A stretch of DNA of 64,000 nt from a virus. The stretch spans positions 32,001-96,000 of the IMG/VR virus record IMGVR_UViG_3300044591_002420; one strand, 5' to 3'. The translations under genes and the position numbers were made by a program. This document shows positions 61,542 through 64,000 of the stretch, in pieces (position 1 is the stretch's first letter; every line of letters starts with the position of its first letter). The notes beneath the pieces were generated by a model. It worked only from the letters and a program-made list of their open reading frames with translations. It did no database searches and was not told the DNA's origin.

Positions 61542-62600
61542 AAATCGCAAAAGTTGCTCACGTCACCAAAAATCAGATCTATCAAATCCCCGGAGAGATT
61601 TATGATGAAGATCGCCCCGAATTTGATTGTTATATGCCAGAATATACGGGACATTTCTGGATTGTTGATTGTTTGATCTGCGATAAAAATGGAAATCTCC
61701 ATCCCGACATTCAAAAAGGAGTTCCCGTTTACACCGAACACATGAAGCGAGTCTGAATTTAATCATGAACATCACCACCGATGGTTACACCAAACTTTAT
61801 TTGTCATCTAGCGAAACAAATGAATTCCTTTCCGATCTTCGACATCTTCCTTCGAGATTGAGCGTATCCACAACCTTTTATCTTGAACATCTTAAAGATG
61901 CTTCCCGAAAAAATGGAGGAAGTGAAATAATGATGAGTGGTAAACACTGCATCAGCGAACTTCTAGCTGATCTTTATAGACTTCAGAAATTGAAAATTAA
62001 ACTTAGGCCAATAACTAAACTTATTATTCATCACTTGGAATATATCTCACCATATTATTGATCACTTTTTTAATTTTCATCATGAGCAAAAATTACACAA
62101 ATTCTCAACTGAGAGATCCTTGGGTAGCAGGAGAAGACAAAATTCCACGGCCACTGAGAACAGAAGATGGAAGACTAGAACAATTCATGTTTCGGAATTA
62201 TCAGCTTTCCGGGCAGAGTTTTTATTGTGAGTGTGGATGTAATGTATTTCATAGGCCCGTTCACAAGAATCTAGATTTATATCAATGTAATTGTTGTGAG
62301 CGACAATTTGAGGCTTATGACTAATCCCCTGATCGCTCTGGCGGAGGCTCAGAGAGCCCTAAGTTTGGCCGCTGATAGAATTCACAGCCACGAAGGCTGC
62401 AGCTCAGCCTGGCGCGATGCCACAAACGCTTCTGATCGCGCTCGTGATCTTCTGGTGATAAAATTTTGGTGTGCGATGATGAATACACATTGTATTCATA
62501 CTATAACGATATTGGTGCGGCACTTCAGGCTAAATTGGATTATCTTGAAGGGTTCTGTCTTAATCTCAATCGACGATGCTAATGATGCGATTTTCAATAA

Positions 62601-62629
62601 GATCCTCCTCTAATCCAGGAGGATTTTTT
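62601..62629 (+). terminator. Intrinsic terminator at the end of the + strand gene run
   Basis: ATCCTCCT-CTAATCC-AGGAGGAT-TTTTT between convergent genes. Confidence 0.75.
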
Positions 62630-62649
62630 ATTGTCCAAAAATGTAAAAA

Positions 62650-63156
62650 TCACCCATTCTCCATCTGATAAAGAATCTTTCTTAGACCACGAGTGTTGAT
62701 ATAATTTTCCATGGCCTCTTTTAGAAATTGATTCAAAAACTCTGTAGAAGTAGGAACAGAATAACCTTTCAGTTTAACCGCCTTGTAGAGCATTTTGAAA
62801 TCTTTTATTATCTTTTTATCCATCAATAAGATTTCGTCTTTTTTAGCTTTCTCCCATGTAACATTATTAACAGAACAATCCATTCTGTCTTTACTTTTAT
62901 ACTTGATTCTTTTTGAATTGGAAATGTTAGGAAGAAATGCTTTTGCAACTAAATTACCAACAAGAATACATCTTCTACGGTGAGTTTTATCATAAATCCA
63001 GACAGCCTTATTTGTCTTTACTCTTCCATCTTTTAGTTTAATGAGAGTGTTATTTCTTTTCATTGACCATATTTCACCAGAGTCAGAGACGAAATACCCC
63101 TCAAAGTCCTCGTAGCCGGAAATGCTATTTATTGCCGTCAAATTGGTTGGTATCAC
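62650..63156 (-). CDS. NUMOD4 + degenerate HNH domain protein
   Basis: I.GYE...Y.VSD.G.I.S (NUMOD4); LVA.AFL.N ... NNVTW, but catalytic His residues are absent. Confidence 0.7.
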   Translation of the reverse strand: MIPTNLTAINSISGYEDFEGYFVSDSGEIWSMKRNNTLIKLKDGRVKTNKAVWIYDKTHRRRCILVGNLVAKAFLPNISNSKRIKYKSKDRMDCSVNNVTWEKAKKDEILLMDKKIIKDFKMLYKAVKLKGYSVPTSTEFLNQFLKEAMENYINTRGLRKILYQMENG

Positions 63157-63244
63157 TGGGCTTATTTGGACAGAGATAATTATTTAAGCATTCTGTATGA
63201 AAGTTAGTATTTTTTAAGGGTTTTCTTGTCATAGTATAGGAATC

Positions 63245-63790
63245 GTGAATTGATAATGATTGTTATTGATTAGAATTCGTATCGTTTATTGTTGTTATTG
63301 ATGTGGTTTGTTATTGTGTTTGATCTGGTTATTGTGGTTATTGTAATTCGTATCGTTTATTGTGTTTGAGACCCTTATTGATAATAATTCGTATCGTTTA
63401 TTGTTATTATTGTGGTTAGGGCTCTTATTGTGTTTGAAACTCTTATTGTGTTTATTGTGGTTATCGTGTTTGATCTGGTTATTGTTGTTATTGTGTTTGA
63501 GACCCTTATTGATAATAATTCGTATCGGTTGTTGTTATTGTGTTTGAAACTCTTATTGTGTTTATTGTGGTTATCGTGTTTGATCTGGTTATTGTTGTTA
63601 TTGTGTTTGAGACCCTTATTATTCTTAGTAATCTCGGGCTTCCTGTGATAACAACACCACTAACAAAAGAAACAACACCAACCAACAACAATAACAAAAG
63701 AGACACCAATAACCAATACGAATTAATATCAATAACAAACCACATCAATAACAATAACCGATACGAATTATTATCAACATAACCCATAAG
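63245..63790. repeat. Non-coding direct + inverted repeat block (candidate origin/terminus)
   Basis: 86-bp exact repeat 63425-63510 = 63535-63620; AATTCGTATCG at 63274, 63345, 63386, 63517; inverted copy of 63274-63316 at 63730-63769. Confidence 0.8.
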
Positions 63791-64000
63791 AGATCCTAAT
63801 ACCCCAACCATTGACAAGGATCCTCACAACCGCCTATATTACTCATGTATCCCAGAGGTTCTCCAATGCCCATCACCAAAACAATCACTCTCTATAAGTT
63901 TGATGAATTGAGCGAAGAAGCCCAGAAGTTTGCAATCTCCAATCTGTACGATTGGTGCTGCACAAACCACATAAATGCAGATCACGATTGGTCGGATCCC

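Noticed and set aside
63362-63817. Hydrophobic ORFs in several frames within the repeat block
   Set aside because: These are low-complexity translations of the TTATTG repeats, overlapping on both strands.

Overview
This is an AT-rich segment of a large (probably jumbo) phage genome, most likely infecting a cyanobacterium: the EF-Ts, ClpS, LysRS and AspRS look cyanobacterial, and there are no structural genes. Nearly all genes from 1 to ~62,630 are short, tightly packed and on the + strand, as in an early/accessory region. Recognisable functions centre on tRNA and translation (tsf, lysS, aspS, Thg1-like, RNA ligase, PNK-like kinase, two metallophosphoesterases, tRNA-Arg/fMet/Pro), NAD/ADP-ribose metabolism (NadM-Nudix, NADAR) and DNA metabolism (ligase, TOPRIM, DenV-like, HNH). 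Three layers of hidden structure stand out. (1) An operon at 10.5-14.2 kb couples a Ro60/TROVE-like vWA protein to an array of small RNAs sharing an AGATRRWWCAGCA...YYATCT stem module. Six are hairpins, most with apical loops resembling tRNA anticodon loops (Lys, Pro, Ser, Gly). Three are tRNA-shaped RNAs carrying the same module, circularly permuted, inside the anticodon arm. This is the best candidate for an undescribed system. (2) About 25 dispersed genes are built from a 78-bp/26-aa LRV (HEAT-like) repeat with a fixed framework and hypervariable positions. (3) About 35 copies of an 18-bp palindrome (GACRSTT-N4-AACTGTC) lie upstream of sigma70-like promoters, at a near-constant distance where measured. 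The window ends with a terminator, a degenerate NUMOD4/HNH gene on the - strand and a direct/inverted repeat block. All calls come from motif recognition by eye; no database searches or folding programs were run, and many short hypothetical ORFs are not listed individually.
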